Assembly: GCF_000143415.4 (NCBI RefSeq)
Contig: NW_003314367.1
Span: forward strand, 488,022 to 552,021
Length of the DNA stretch: 64,000 bases
DNA from: Selaginella moellendorffii
Lineage: Eukaryota > Plantae > Lycopodiophyta
Direction: 5' to 3'
Positions 26,986 through 41,600 of the stretch are shown one piece after another. A model generated the notes under the pieces. It was given only the letters and a program-made list of their open reading frames with translations, made no database searches and was not told where the DNA came from. The position numbers and the translations under genes are program-made. Each line of letters begins with the position of its first letter. Within the stretch, counting starts at the first letter, position 1.

Positions 26986-29244
26986 ACAACTTGGCTGCGG
27001 GACTCTCCTTCCATGCTATAAGTTGGTATATGGAAGGTAAGCTTTTCTGGATTCCACTTCAGCCTCCATTGTTTGTTCTTGTAGATGCAAGAATTGGCTG
27101 CGATGTCTTCAAATTCCAATGCCCTGGATTGAGCTGGCCATTGCGTACTATTCTTCTGTCAAAAGGAACATCCTAGAGAGGCGAGAACTGGCTGGTTTGC
27201 ATGTGGTCAACAAGCTCAGCGCTCCATACCAGAGCACTGACGAGCATCCTGCAGAACCTTTTTATTTGCCAAGGACAGTGAGTTGCATATGCCAAGATTG
27301 AAAAGAGCCAAGTGATACGTTCACCATCAGCAGCTGATCAGGTTTAGGAGGTAAGTAACTCTCCTCAAGTGTGTTTGACAGGCTGTTTGTTTCCTTGGTC
27401 GTTTCAATAAAAAAAGAAAGTGGACTATTGCGGGAAGAGGCTCTCCTTGGGTTCCATGAGAAAGCTCTGGAAATTAGCAGGTAACTCCTCAGGTTTTGTG
27501 TTCTTTCGGGTGATCTGATCTTGTGTCATGCGACTCAGGCCAGGAAGCACCCGGCACTGGCCAATGCAGTGGGTCAGCAATTAGAATTTATCTGCTTGAC
27601 CCAGGGGGAAGGACTGGTAATTTTATTACATTTTTTATTTGTTCTTGCCTTGGTGAAAAGCTTAGTTTCAGTTGCTCAATCCTTGACGTGATTCCATCTG
27701 AATAGCATACCAATTTTCTTATGTGCCAGAACGTAGCTGGTTCAAACTGTTCTCAGCTGTGGTGAGTTGCTGATTCAATCTTTCAAAGTAACAGTAAAAC
27801 CAAATGATGAACAGAATGTGGTAGAAGTTGCAAAATCCTTCAATCTCTTTAGGCGAGAGCTGGACGGAAATTGGGCTTGCTGGCCTTGGTGGCAGTGAAA
27901 CCTTGGCGGCACCAATGATAAAACTACTGGACGAGGCCTTTTGTTGTCCTCCTCTTGTGAGTATGCCAGGCCAGCAAGGGAACGCTTGGATTCACTTGCA
28001 AACACAAGTACAGAACTCCAACATTCGTTCTTGCTTCCTCTTGGTATTGCTCTCATGTTTTCCATTGCTTTCACTTATGCTCTTTTTTATTAGTGTGGCT
28101 TTATAATGGAGACGGTCCTTCTCAGTCTGAATAGCACCAATGATATTTGTCATTCATGAAGAAAGTAGCATTTATTTCGACAAACATCGTTACTTTTGAG
28201 CTGAGTCCCAGTCCGAGTGAAGATGGCAGCGATGATCCAGCAGCAATTCTATAATGCAAGCAGCCTGATCGAGGTGGGACCTCTAGGATTGATGTTGTCA
28301 TGTACACTTTTGCTATGTCATCGAGCTCACCAGATATATGTGCCTTTACATTCTCAACTCCTTTCATTTGCTCACTTTGTGTATGTTTCAGAGAGAAAGA
28401 TGACAAGTCATGTTTTTCTCGATCAAATGAGTGAGGTAAGAGAGGTCTCTTCCCTTTTGTGCCATTGTAAACTACACATCCAGTCTTGTGATTATTTTTA
28501 CAAACTGCTGTGGCATTCAAGCTAATGGCTCACAATCAATACAACTATTCTTTTTATTGTTATTGACTCTGATATCTTTGTGGCACTTTTCTTTCTCATT
28601 GATGTGGATCACTTACTGACGTTTGATGTTTCTGTAGGAGAAAAGATGGATCGGAAAATGAAGATGTAAAAATGTGAAAATGAAGTAATCTCAGCACATA
28701 ATAGTAAGGATTGCAGGTTTAATCAACCTTAAACTCATGACACTGTGTCCAGGTAATTTATGGTAAAGTAGAATATGTCGAATTCTAGAAAAAGTAGTTG
28801 TTCTTATTTCCAATGAATGAGCTTTTGGAGGTGCTTGTGTGTTTTACAGCCTGGTTTTCCTATTGCAGGTCTCCCTTCTTATTCCCAGGAGTGGCAGAAA
28901 GGCTGGGATTTATTTATTTTGGTTCTTTTGATTGGAAACTACTGAGATTCAGTGTTGAGCTCTAATAATGAAAGGCAGAGAATTTATGGTTGCCATATTC
29001 TTGCAGTGGGGATACAATCTTGAAATTTTGTGTTTACAGTTTTGGAGCCGATCAAAATATCCAGTATTTGCTTGAAATTTCCCAACGAGGAATGCACTGC
29101 CAATACAGCAGTGGTGCTCTCGAGTTATCGTCACTGGAGCCACTAATATGAACGTGACTGGCTGCTCAATTAATCAGACACCATAGTTGAGTGCCAACGC
29201 TGTACCATTATGGGGTTCTTCCTCCTCTATCACTGGAAAGCAAC

Positions 29245-30255
29245 ATGGCAGTGACTGCTTTGCCGACATTCTCGAGATTTTTACACAAGTGGTACTATGA
29301 GCCGGTGCTAAAGCCGGGACAGCCTCCACTTCCACCGGGTCCGCTTGGATGGCCCGTCTTTATCAACATGGCTGCTTTTCTCAGAGCCTTCAAGTCTGGA
29401 TTACCATACTCTTTCATGGGTCACTTCTTGGTTTCAGGTATAATCGAGTGGGTTTTACAAGGCATTTCTGTTCTAGCAGCCCACCGTCCTGGTTGCCACA
29501 CCAGAGGCATGCAAATTCGTGCTCTCCAAAGACAGCTTTGAGACAGGATGGCCAAAGAGCGCTGTTGTGCTCATTGGACGAAATCTGTTTGCGAGATTAA
29601 CTGAAGAGAGCTACTTGAAGCTCCAGAAGCTTACTGAGTCACTGTGAACAATCCCAAAGCTCTTAAGCAGTACGTGCCCCTACAACAGCATGCCTTGCAA
29701 GGTGGCCTACGGAGCATAAGATTGTTCTTCTTACCGAGATGAGAAGGGTAAGTGATGTTTACTTCCTCTCTGTCTTATTTTCTCTTTGATACTGGTTTTT
29801 TCTGATATGACAGTTCACGTACTCTAACTGTCCTCTACATTTTATATAGGAAAGACTCCAGTCTCGATGTGGATGAGATTTTCTCCTTGTACTACATTGT
29901 CAACCAAGGCATTCAGGCTTTCCCCATCAACTTCCCCAACACTGCCTACAACAAAGCCTTGAAGGTAAAAGCCATATGCATTGTCTTACATAGTTTTGTG
30001 ATGTTTTCCCATTCTCAGGCCAGGTGAAAGGTCATCAAGCTTATCCAGGACCTGATCAACCAGCAAAGAGCTTCTAGAAAGACACAGGAAACAAGCATTC
30101 TTTTGTTGCTCATGGATGAGCTGGATGACAAAGGAGAGTCTCTGGAAGCGCTGAAATCATAGACATGCTCAACATGTACATAAACGCTGGTCACAACTCG
30201 ATGGCTGATGGTTTCCTAAAGCAAAATCCTGATGTGCTCGAGAAAGTGAAGATAA
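29245..30255 (+). pseudogene. Cytochrome P450 CYP88-like (ent-kaurenoic acid oxidase family), 5' half
   Basis: KWYYEPVLKPGQPPLPPGPLGWPVFINMAAFLRAFKSG, YKAFLF*QPTVLVATPEACKFVL, FETGWPKS and an I-helix remnant (MYINAGHNS); stops and frameshifts. Confidence 0.8.
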
Positions 30256-32699
30256 ACATTTACAATTTCATACAAACTTTCCTTCATACAATCTTTCTTC
30301 TTTAGGCCACATCCAGACTATTCTGTAAAAGTTTCAAACTTCTGTAAGTATAAAAAGATAAAAGTATTCTAGTGAATTGTACCTCATACAAGATGATATC
30401 CTATGTATTCTCATGCCTCTATTATTCTAATTCATCCCTGTCACTTCTGTATTTGGAAGGAAATGCTATTTATGAAAACTCTGCATTTATGTTTACCCTT
30501 TGCTCCAATGGACCTAACGAAGACATGTTCAAGACAGATGCAAACTGGCAGGTATTCTTAAAGAACCATAGAACTGCACATCATCTCTTTAAGGGAAATT
30601 TATGAGGTGCTTGTAAGGCTCTAAAGTGTTAACCTCCTCTGGATGGCATCTGAGGAATGTCTAGGGAATGAGAAACTGTAAGCTGTAGCATGATATTTTC
30701 TTGCTCTAATAAGTAGTTAAATAGAAGCTGCCTGTTGTAGCCTTTGTGGCTTTGCTTGACNNNNNNNNNNNNNNNNNNNNNNNNNNNNNNNNNNNNNNNN
30801 NNNNNNNNNNNNNNNNNNNNNNNNNNNNNNNNNNNNNNNNNNNNNNNNNNNNNNNNNNNNNNNNNNNNNNNNNNNNNNNNNNNNNNNNNNNNNNNNNNNN
30901 NNNNNNNNNNNNNNNNNNNNNNNNNNNNNNNNNNNNNNNNNNNNNNNNNNNNNNNNNNNNACTTCAATTTTAATATATTTTGAGAATATTATTATATTAT
31001 ATTAAATATAGTATTAAAAATAAAAAATATGATTATATAAATATGAATGTGCTAGATGTAGGTTTCTAATAAATTTTTTAATATTTCTTATAATCTAAGT
31101 TTATTTATAATAATGTTCTCCTTTAGATAATTGGTGAATAGTAAGCATTTTTTAATAATCTGATAGTAATTTTTATATTTAAATTTTTTAGCTATTTAGC
31201 TATATATGATTTAAAATCCTTCAGTAATNNNNNNNNNNNNNNNNNNNNNNNNNNNNNNNNNNNNNNNNNNNNNNNNNNNNNNNNNNNNNNNNNNNNNNNN
31301 NNNNNNNNNNNNNNNNNNNNNNNNNNNNNNNNNNNNNNNNNNNNNNNNNNNNNNNNNNNNNNNNNNNNNNNNNNNNNNNNNNNNNNNNNNNNNNNNNNNN
31401 NNNNNNNNNNNNNNNNNNNNNNNNNNNNNNNNNNNNNNNNNNAATTTTCAACTTTAAGGGTTACAATCTAGATATTTAATTTTAGAGTTTCTCTACTAAT
31501 TTTAAACCTAAATCACTTTTCATGAGAATTTCATATACACCAGTCTTTTTAATATTTAAAATTTTATTTATATTAAATTTCTTTCTTCTTATTCTAAGTT
31601 TTTCTTTCTCAAATATTTTTTCTCTTCATCATTTAATTTTTGTAGTAGTTATCTTATATATTATAACTTACAAAATGTATTACATACTCTTGATCTATTA
31701 GTAACTTATATTCTGGTTAGAAAGGTTTTACACATGTATTAATATTTTTATAAAATATCTAATATAAATATTTAATAAAATAGATTTTCTATCTTTACTG
31801 ACTGAGTTGTATTTTTCTCACAAATGTGACATATAATTTTACTCTATTTCGAAACCATTAACTTTTTTTATAAAATACTTAATTTACCATTTGAACTAAC
31901 ACGATATTTTCCTTATGCTTAGGTATGGATTGATATAATAAAAAATTGAAACAAAAAATAAAGCTGATGTAAAGTTTTAAGACAAACCTGTACTAATGCT
32001 TTATAATAAAATTATGCATTCATGTCTTATTAATAACATGGTATCTAATATGGTATAAGCTATCTCATACATACTGAAAGATCAAATCCATTTCTTGATT
32101 ATATCCCAGTTATATGAAGATTTAAAATAAAATAAAACAATAGTTATTAGCTGAAAGAATAATATAAAATTATAAATTATAACATTATACTAATGAGTTT
32201 GATAAAAATTATATTCTATTAAAAATATTCATAAGAACATTTGAAAAGAAAGAAGAGATATTTAAGAGTACATTAAACAATTTATATTTATAAACAAATA
32301 TTCAGTAACAAATAATGACTTCCTAATGCACTATGTGCTCATCACATTTTATCCTATAACAACAGGTGTTTTATATAAGTTCAAGTACCAACTTAGCATA
32401 GTTGCTAGCACTTTTTGAAGTCCAAGGAATCCCTCCCTATTCTAATAGCATTTAAAAAAACAAAATGACAAATGATAGCTGTAGCAATGAAACTCACAAC
32501 TTCATGGACAATTCAAAAATATGGTATAGGGGATTGTTTTGATATATAAAACTTAGTCAATACAGTTTCCCATGATAAATTATTTCAATAGCTACAACAA
32601 ATTAACACACCATTAGTAGTCATTGAATAAATATATGTCATTATTCTTGCAGACTATCAAGGAGTTAAATAGATTGAATGCACTATTTGCATTAAATAA

Positions 32700-33850
32700 G
32701 GATGTCCATTGTGTTTAGCTTATACATGAATGCCTTTGAGAGTTTAATGTGGCATTAAAACTTTTTGGAGATCCATATAACTGACCACTTCATTCTCACA
32801 ATAAAATCTGTGGAAGGTAGTCTGCATTGTAGTTAGATCTATTAGGGTCAAAATTTTCCATGAACCTGTCATTCCTTATGATCATCAAGGTATGCAGCAC
32901 ACAACAAGACATGATGTTGTTCACAAGAATGCCTAGATGTCCTCTAAATCCCTTCTAACCAAGCAATTTCCATTGCCTCTTTAAAATTCCAAAAGATTTC
33001 TTGACAACAATCCTCATAGAAGAATGAAGAAAGTTGTATTGCTCTTTGCCATGAAACTTGTTTGGATATAAGACCAAAACCAGTAAAGCACACTCTTATC
33101 CTCTGTCAGCACAACTTGAATTACCATTGAGTAGTACTTTTTTGCCCTAGCATACCAATCTATTGCATCCTCTGATCCTAGGAGCTCAATTGCCATATCA
33201 CCACAACAATTTGGTAATCCATGCAATCTCTGAAATCATGCTATAACTTCATTTATTCCCTCCTCATCTGCCAATGGATCATTAGTCCTTCATGCTCAAG
33301 CAATGAATACCTGAATCAGCATAGACAAGCTTGAGTGCATGAAACCACTCTAAATGCATCACCAATTATTTGCCATGTATCCCCGAATGCCAAGCGTTTC
33401 AAAGCAATATCTACTTGCTTTGAAATAGCTAAGTGCTACTTTGGTATTTTTGCCAAACCTGGAGGAGGCCTCCTAGCCAATTTTGGAGCAAGCTGGTCAC
33501 AAAGAAAAGTGAATGTAGATACTAAAAAACTTCTTTGAATCTTTGTGGATTTATATAGAGAACCTAAAGCTCTGTTTGATACCACCAGTGGAAACTTCTT
33601 GGCTTGATGTAATCCACATTGATCAATAGCCCTAGGAGCTCCTTTTTAGTGATCACTCTTTCAATAAATGAAGTTGCAGTAGAACATGGCATAGAAAGTA
33701 TTATAGCAATCGCTTCCTCCACCATTCGAATATACAAAAGCTTTCTTGAAACTGGAACTAAGATCATGTCCTCCTCCAAAAAGAACAACTCTACCAAATT
33801 TAAATACCTCATCACAATCTCTACAGCATGGGAAATGATTGCCAAGGAAA
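32700..33850 (-). mobile_element. Decayed PIF/Harbinger transposase (DDE_Tnp_4-like)
   Basis: STFTFLCDQLAPKL, KQVDIALKRLAFGD, HGLPNCCG, YSMVIQVV, SFGILKRQWKLL, CCVLH are Harbinger transposase motifs; many stops. Confidence 0.8.
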
Positions 33851-34326
33851 AATTGCCAAGCTATGGCATGCTATGCACTCAATTTAGGGTAAAACAAAAT
33901 GGCACCCTAATCCATTATGATGTGGAAAAAAAGAAGTTAATGTGTAGCCTTATGTGGCATATAAAAAAGAGGGTTACATGTAATGTAACCATTAAAAAAA
34001 TAAGGAGGGGAAAGTTGTTTTTGGGGGGGGGAGGGGGTGAGGAGAAATTTCCAGGTGGGTGGAGCATGGAACCCCACCCTAAGGGAACTACTCCTTATTC
34101 ACATGGGCATAAATTAAAAATGCCTTGAGATGGAAAATGCTTAGTAGTCTATTGTTCAACCCCAATGAGCTTATAGAAGGTGATGAACCTGATCTAGAAT
34201 GCCCAAATAATATACCAAATTGAGGAATATGATTAAGCCACCTCTTCATGTGTTGAATAATTCTTTTAAGCTTTGAGTCCAAGCTTGTATTATTCTATTC
34301 CAGTAAACCATTTAAGAAATAGTGTT

Positions 34327-34460
34327 TGGTTGCAATCACTAAGTAAAAACTAAATAAACCAAGTGCTTGTTACGTATTGAACTTAAGCAAGTTTTAATAA
34401 ATTGTTCTCTTTTTAGAATTAGCATCTAACTATCCCAGCGGAGCTGGGTTCCCTGCTAGT
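34327..34460 (+). repeat. Helitron 3' terminus (hairpin 34434-34448, CTAG 34456-34459|T)
   Basis: Near-identical to 12395-12528. Confidence 0.9.
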
Positions 34461-35439
34461 TGTTTAATCTCAGCCGTTAGATTTTGGCATATGCCCAGAA
34501 TAAGTGTCGCCAGTATATGCTATTATTATACCGGCTCTTTCGTTTAAATATATGAGTATGATGATGATTGTTATGTATGTTATGATTAGTATGAAATTTT
34601 TCAAATAACCAAAATGTACATGACACTCCCAACAAAGCTGGGACTTGTGCCTTAGATGAGTGTGATTGAATGTATTGCCAATGGCAGCTATTTTAGCATG
34701 CAGGATTTTTTTTAGATATCTCTATTGGCCATGCACTGTAGGGTTGCTGGATCACATGTGAGGTTTCTGTGACAACTCATGTTTAGTCATTATGAGTAGT
34801 CACTGCCTTTCTCTTTGTTAGTCAATTATTGGATTCTTTGTTAATTTTTCTTTTTCTCTTTTAGCGGGATTTCTGGAAATAGCATAATCTCATATAATAC
34901 AAAGATTGTGGAAAATGAGTATCCTCTAAGACAGGCTTGCTCAAGAATATTTAACATAACATTAGCATAACCATACAAGTTAACAAAGTTGGTTAACTTT
35001 GTTAATTTTATGTAGGTTATAAGTTTAATTATAATCCTCTATATTTCATTGGCTATAACCTTTGTAAACCAAGCTCATATAAGTGTCATGATTAATAGTT
35101 ATCTCAAATATGTTGTAAGCTTTGTAAAAACTCAATCCAATATAGCTCACTAATAAAGTAAAATAAAAAAATAATCTTAAATTTAATCTTCCTCAACCAC
35201 ATATTTTTCTTGTACAAGAATTAAATGTTGAATATAAAACCATCAAAGCTATGAATGTTGTAGGAACTAAAGAAAGACTTTATACATGTTATGGCCATAT
35301 TTATGACAAAGAAAACCTATTTTAGGTGTTGAACTCACACTATTGATTCTTGGGTATGGGCATCAAGAAGAATGTGAGAGATGCATTGAATAGATGTAGG
35401 CAGTGCTAGAAAATTCCTATAGCAAGAGGGAGGTTTGTC

Positions 35440-35485
35440 ATGGCTAGGAGCAAATCAATATCAAGAAAGCTAGGGCAATGATCAG
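35440..35485 (+). pseudogene. Second copy of the CENH3-like first exon
   Basis: MARSKSISRKLGQ*S|GT plus upstream bases are a diverged reverse complement of 25629-25715. Confidence 0.55.
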
Positions 35486-35609
35486 GTAGGTAACTTTTCT
35501 TTGAGGTTAATAGTACATGGAATGATCCATGAAGTGTGTAATGGGCGGTGATGGTGATGGGACAAACAGAGTCTACCTCTTGAATTCAAGGTAAATAGGT
35601 CTCTCAACC

Positions 35610-36250
35610 ATGGCAACAACAACACTGATTCCTGTATTAGACAATGATTCTACATACCAGTGCCTCTTGTGAGTGCCACTATCAGCCCACAGGCAAATAC
35701 ATAAAGTGAATAGAGCATGGAGGAATCTTGTTTCCAGTGCCAAGTTTTATGATGATTGTTCTGTACAAGGATTGATTGAAGGTATACTGGTGGTAACAGT
35801 ATTTCTCAATCATGGGAAAGAAGTCTTGATCATTCAATCCCAGAAGTGCCAAGAAAGAGTGGATGATTATTCCACATCAGTATATAGGAGGATTTGTGTG
35901 TTAAGCAATTGGTAGCAAGTTCTATCTTATTGATCTTCAAACTACACATGAATTGATAGAGTTCTTTGGCATCAATGCTATATCCTTGAAAGTTGTGTTT
36001 ATGGATGACCAACTCTATGTAGTGGGTGACGCTTATATGGGGATGCATCCGATAGCCAAGATATATAATCCAGTGGATAATTGATGGGATCCTCTACCAT
36101 TGCTGATATTATCTTGGACTTGTCATCAATGACAATAAGATGGTTATGAAAGATGGTGGTTGCTTCTTCAGATCAACACTTGTTTTATCAGCACAAGATT
36201 TGTCTTGGAAAGAGATGAATATAATTGCATTGCATGGGTGACACTGCTTT
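35610..36250 (+). pseudogene. F-box/kelch gene remnant
   Basis: LIPVLDNDSTYQCLL*VP..KVNRAWRNLVSS (F-box LIPGLPDD..CL.RVP..V.RxW) and a kelch-like YNPVDN*WDPLP. Confidence 0.6.
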
Positions 36251-36354
36251 GTACACTCCAAACAATTCTACAAGCCCAACATATCCCCAACTAATTTCTA
36301 ATGATGGTGCAGATTCAACAAAATAAAAACTAAAAAAATAAAAAGATAAGAATT

Positions 36355-38520
36355 TATAGACTCGGTCTTGGACTTGGACTCAAACTCAGACTTAATCTTA
36401 GACTTGAACTCAAACTCAATATTGGATTTAATTTCAGACTCGAGCCTAGATTTGGCTTGGACTTGGTCTTAGACTCCATTTCAGACTTGATCTTGGACTC
36501 AATTTTGGACTCGATCTCAGACATAATCTCAGACTCAATCTCAAACTTAGTCTTAGACTTGGTTCCAACACTTCTATATATCATTACATTTGCCAGGTAT
36601 TAATCATTCTTTTGTCCCTTTCTAGAAACTCACTTATTGATCTCTTTATGCTCATTTCTCAAGTGCTTCTTTGAGAGTTCCACTCAAAGCATTTTATCCA
36701 AACATGTATGCTTATATGATTCTAACTTCACTAATTGCCATATAGCACACATTTAGCTTGATTTTGGGACTTAGGGATTTTGGTCTTACATTGCCATTTA
36801 GTGTGTTTAAATGCTATCATAGTTGCTAACTAGAAAATACATGAATATTAATAACACAAAGGTATAGCCAAATCATCTAATAAAATAAAATATCAATCTC
36901 TAATAGGCTCAACAAACCACCAACCATTTGAATCATCATAGATGAAAATTTTGACTTCCACAATATACTTATAGAGAACATCTTATCTCAATCCAATCTC
37001 AACTTCAATAATATCAATGTTAAAATATCACTTCAATGCCATCAACATTAAAATAAAGCTAAAAGAAAGTAAAAGTAAACTACCACTCAAATCTCTCTAC
37101 TAATTGGGCTAACCAAAGTCAAAGATATTAGTATCTAAGACCAATCCTTTATCAATACCCAGTTATGGATAACATAACATCAAGGAATGAATCACTATGT
37201 CTAAAAGTCAATGCAATTCAACACCACACTAAACACAAGCAGATAATATTAACGAAGGTGTAATCAACATGAAAAACTATGTAAGCCAACAATACAACCC
37301 TCCACAAAGAAAGCTTTCTAGATTATCAAACTTATGATGTTTGGGGAGTTTCCTATCAAACATCATTTAGGGAAATCGAATATGGTGGTGGATGCTTTAT
37401 TGTGTATTGATCATGTGACAAAGCTATAGACACAATTTGTCATCATTTGAGTAAGGTGGTTAGCAAATTTGGGTAGTTGGTTGAGCATGCTTAGCTTCAT
37501 GATGAGGTGGTCTCTTTGCTAGCCAAAAGGAAAGCACCTTTCTCATTGGTGGATGGGATGTTCTTCTATAATAACTATATGTATTTTTTATATGTGGATT
37601 TGCTGATTAATCAAGTTCTATTCCACTATCATGATCATCCAAAAGCTTGGTGGGGAAATAGAAAGAAAATGTATGAGCTGATTAAACACAATTTTAATTA
37701 GAGGAACATAAAGGTTAATATCATTAAGTATTGCAATTCATGTGAGCTCTAAGAAAGAGATGCAAGAAGTTGGGTGGACTTTTGCATTTCTTAGAGCCAT
37801 TGGTGTAATATCTATATTCATTACTTATTTGCCACAAACACAAAGGCAAAAGGAAGAAGTATGGGTTACAGTGGATCAATGGAGAAGTATGTATGGTTTT
37901 TAGCTCTTCAGAAAACTATTAATGCCTTAGACTTGGTTGTGGTTTACTTAGAGAAGGTCTTTCTTAATTTAGTTTGTCAAAGGACATCATCAACTATCAA
38001 GACTCATAGTTCACTAGTGGATTTGGAAGAGCTTTCTACATGCTATACAAGTGACTTAAATGTCTTAAGTGGAGATCATTCTCAAACAAATAAGCAAATC
38101 AAGCATGTGAATCAAGTGGTTGAGGATATGTTATATAGCATTGGCAAAAGTCAAAGATAGTGGGATTTATGTCTTCTTTTGGTGCAATTTGCCTACAAGA
38201 ATAGCTAGTAGAGTGGAATCAACTTAAGTCCTTACTTTTCCATGTTTGGTAAACATTCTAAAACATCACGGAGTTGGGATTGCATTTGAGCAAGGATGTT
38301 AAAGACAAGCTTAATTTAGAAGTGATTGATATTGCCACAAAACTTGATGAAATTCTAGTGGTGTGCAAATGGAATTTATAAGTGGCTTAAGTTAAGGCAG
38401 AGAAGTTTGCTACTGACCATCAAGTGTGAGATCTCATCTTATCTTTTTGTCAAGTGGCAGTAGAGCACTTTAGTGCCTTTGTAGAGTGGGAAGAGTAACA
38501 AGCTTTCTCATAGATATATT
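36355..38520 (+). mobile_element. Decayed Ty3/gypsy remnant (GACTC-type repeat plus RNase H/integrase region)
   Basis: GKSNMVVDAL, YHDHP, DHSQTNKQIKHVNQVVEDML, WDLCLLLVQFAY, KLSHRYI; many stops. Confidence 0.75.
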
Positions 38521-38639
38521 TGATTTGCTCCAGTAGCACACAAACAGCACCCATTAATATGGGCCACACGCCATATTATTAGATTTATGCACATGTGATT
38601 GGTAAATGCATATGTCATATCATCTCAGGCCACATGCCA

Positions 38640-41600
38640 TCACACCTCCTCTGATTCAGATTCGGATTGTTCACCTTGAAATAAAATACATTAGAAACTT
38701 AGTAAAGGAATATTAATGAATCTCACCTTGAACCCGGGTTATGAATGCTCTTGCTGCATCTCTTGCATGGTCTGGCAAGGTGATGGTGGCACTCTGCTTC
38801 CGCATCCAACCATGCACAACATTATCCACCGATATGCTCATGCTGGGATCCCTTGGATTCAGCACCCATCTCTTTTCTAGGCAATCCTTCGTATATCCGG
38901 AACTTGGCTTGAACCACTCCACAGTTACATTGAAGGAGTTAGTTTCCACGTCCTCTGCATCAGTGATGCAACGCCCCACCCATATCATTTGTTTTTTATT
39001 ACTGGGTTTGACAAGCACGACCATTCCTTTGCAGACCTGTACTGGATTGAATGCTGAATCCGGCTTCTTGTTCCTCGGCCCACAATAGTGATCCTTAACA
39101 TCGTTATCTGTCACTGCATTTCCAGAGGACATTGTTCCGCTATTATCTGATGCTCTGGGTTCTGGCCAAAAGGACTCTTCCAATTCTTCATATACAACCG
39201 GCCCATTTTGGATAGCAGATATAATCTTCTCCCAGTATTCGAGCAAAGGCTTGCACCTCTGAAAATAGGATTCTCCACCAAACACCAACCCCCTCTTCCA
39301 GAAGGCAATATGCTGTCTAATCCCGGCCACTATACTTTCCTGGTCTTTGAGTCCATCCAGGTGCATCGGCCGTGGGGAACCCTGAGGAATCATAGGTTCC
39401 CCAGTTATGGGATCTCTCTTGAAGAGTTCAATGCCGTCCACTGGCAGCCACACTGTGTCCCATTCTCTCATCTTGTACCTCATCACTGGAGCACCGTCAC
39501 ACATGCTGAAATGAAACTGAAGAGGCTTGGAGTGGCCAATCAACGTTTCGGATCCGTCCCTGATGTAGCCTCTTACAAACCCCTTAAAGTCTGGAACCTC
39601 TGTCAGAAGTGCAGCTTCAACAGTGCCTTTGATGCAATTTTGGAATTCATCGTAGAGTTGTGGGAGGGTGAGTACATTGGATCGCCGGAGGGACTCTGCC
39701 AGGTGACTGAACATGGCATCGACGTCTTCATGAGTGTGCCCAACCATGAGAAAGCCAAGTGTAACCGTTTCAAATATGCCTTTGGCAACAAGCATCGCCA
39801 AGTACGCGAAGACGTACATGTTTTTGTTCTCACTGCCAGCATTGTCTGTTTGGAGCAGAAGATGGGGTGGAAGGCCACATCGGCCGCAAGAACTTCCTTG
39901 AGATTCTGCTTCGTTTGGATGAGGCTGTGCATTCACCGGGCGACCAGCCTCGTCGGAATGGCATGAGGCCTCACGTGATAACCCTACAATCTGACGGCCA
40001 ACATATTCACTGGGATGGCATGGGGCCCCACGCGATACTGCAAGCCTTTGCTCCTCCTCCAGCTGAACCCTGTATGGGGTTTAATCGACAAGGGCCTTAT
40101 GCAAGGGTTGGCCGTTCAGCTCAGTCTGCGCACTTTGCAGAGACCTTAAGTGTTTTGCTAGGGACGCAATCATCATGTTTGCACCCCCGCCACCTCATAG
40201 AGGTACAAAGAAGTTCCCATAGTTCTGGGCACCATGCCCATGAGCGATTATGCCAAACAGAGACACAGGCAGCTGCATGGATGAAGAGATTGCCTTGGGG
40301 GCAGGATTGAGTTGAGGTAAGCACGTCTTTTTCTGGTCCATTTTGTCGTGGATGATGCAGAGGTAAGAGTCAGGTCTCTCCATGGAGAGAATCCTGTTAT
40401 GATAATATGTAGTCCTGCAGCTTCTCTGCTCGATGTTGTGGTCGAGCCGCCTTCTAACCAACGTCTCTCGCTCTTGAGCGCTGCAAGAATTCTTCGACAA
40501 AGCCATTTTGATAGCAGTGCACTCGTCACACTTTGAAAAGCTGGAGTACTTTCCTATACTCACATCCCTGAACCTGTTGCTCCACAATCTACTAAATCTA
40601 GATTGGCTCAGCTTCCTGTAGCCATTACTCTGGAGTTCCTGATTCACATCTTCCAATATGGCCCCCTTGGTATACATGGAAGGGAGAACTCGTTGGGTGT
40701 CTCGTGTTCCATCTTCCAAGAGGCGAGTTTTATGTGGTTGCTGCTCGCTACATGTCTCGACAAACCTCTTGAAGATTGCCTCTCCATATACAACATGGCC
40801 CCTGGTTTTGTGCGTACCGTCGTTCCCATGGGCTCCCTGTTGAACCCTTTGTTCCTCGAACTCAGTTTTGATTCTGTAGAATGTGGTTCGAGGGACTCCA
40901 TAAATGATTCTCCATGCCTTCATGCAGACCAAACCCCTCTGGAAGACCATGCCCCCCACCTGATGTTCTGAAGCATCAACAGATGACCGTAATGCCTCAT
41001 ACACAAAATTGCGAGCTGCCTTCCAGGACAATGTCTTGTATCTTGCTCTCTCCTCTTCAATAGCATCCCAATCAGCATGTTGACAGCACCTCCTCTTGCA
41101 ACAAGCAACTGTCGAGACCATTCAAACCTCCATCGCCATTTTCTGCCTTTTCGGTTCGTTGCTCAGATCCCTTTGGCTGCGCTTTAGGAAGGTGTACTTT
41201 CTTTTCCCATGAAGAGATGTTCTGTCATCAGTTGTAGTGGTGTTTGATTGTGAATCCTTCATATTCTCAAACACTAAGTGCCTCAATTTCCACCGCACAA
41301 TGCTTCCAATAGTCAGACTGTTTTCTTCTGTGTCAACAACCTCTAAAATCGCAACTCCAATATCATCCCAGCCCAATTCTTGATTAGCAACCGCATCTCT
41401 TGGATCGACAACTGTGGCTAAGCCCTCAGCTACCACCTCCCCCTCGGGGTTGTTTAGAAACACCTTCGCCTGAATCCATGTAGCACGGTTCTTAAGATCC
41501 ACGGAGGGAACATGCGTCGCACTTACGCTGTCCCCAACATCTGCTTTCTTCTGAAGATTTTTCAGGGCAACAACAACATTTATCCTGACGACCATCTCTC

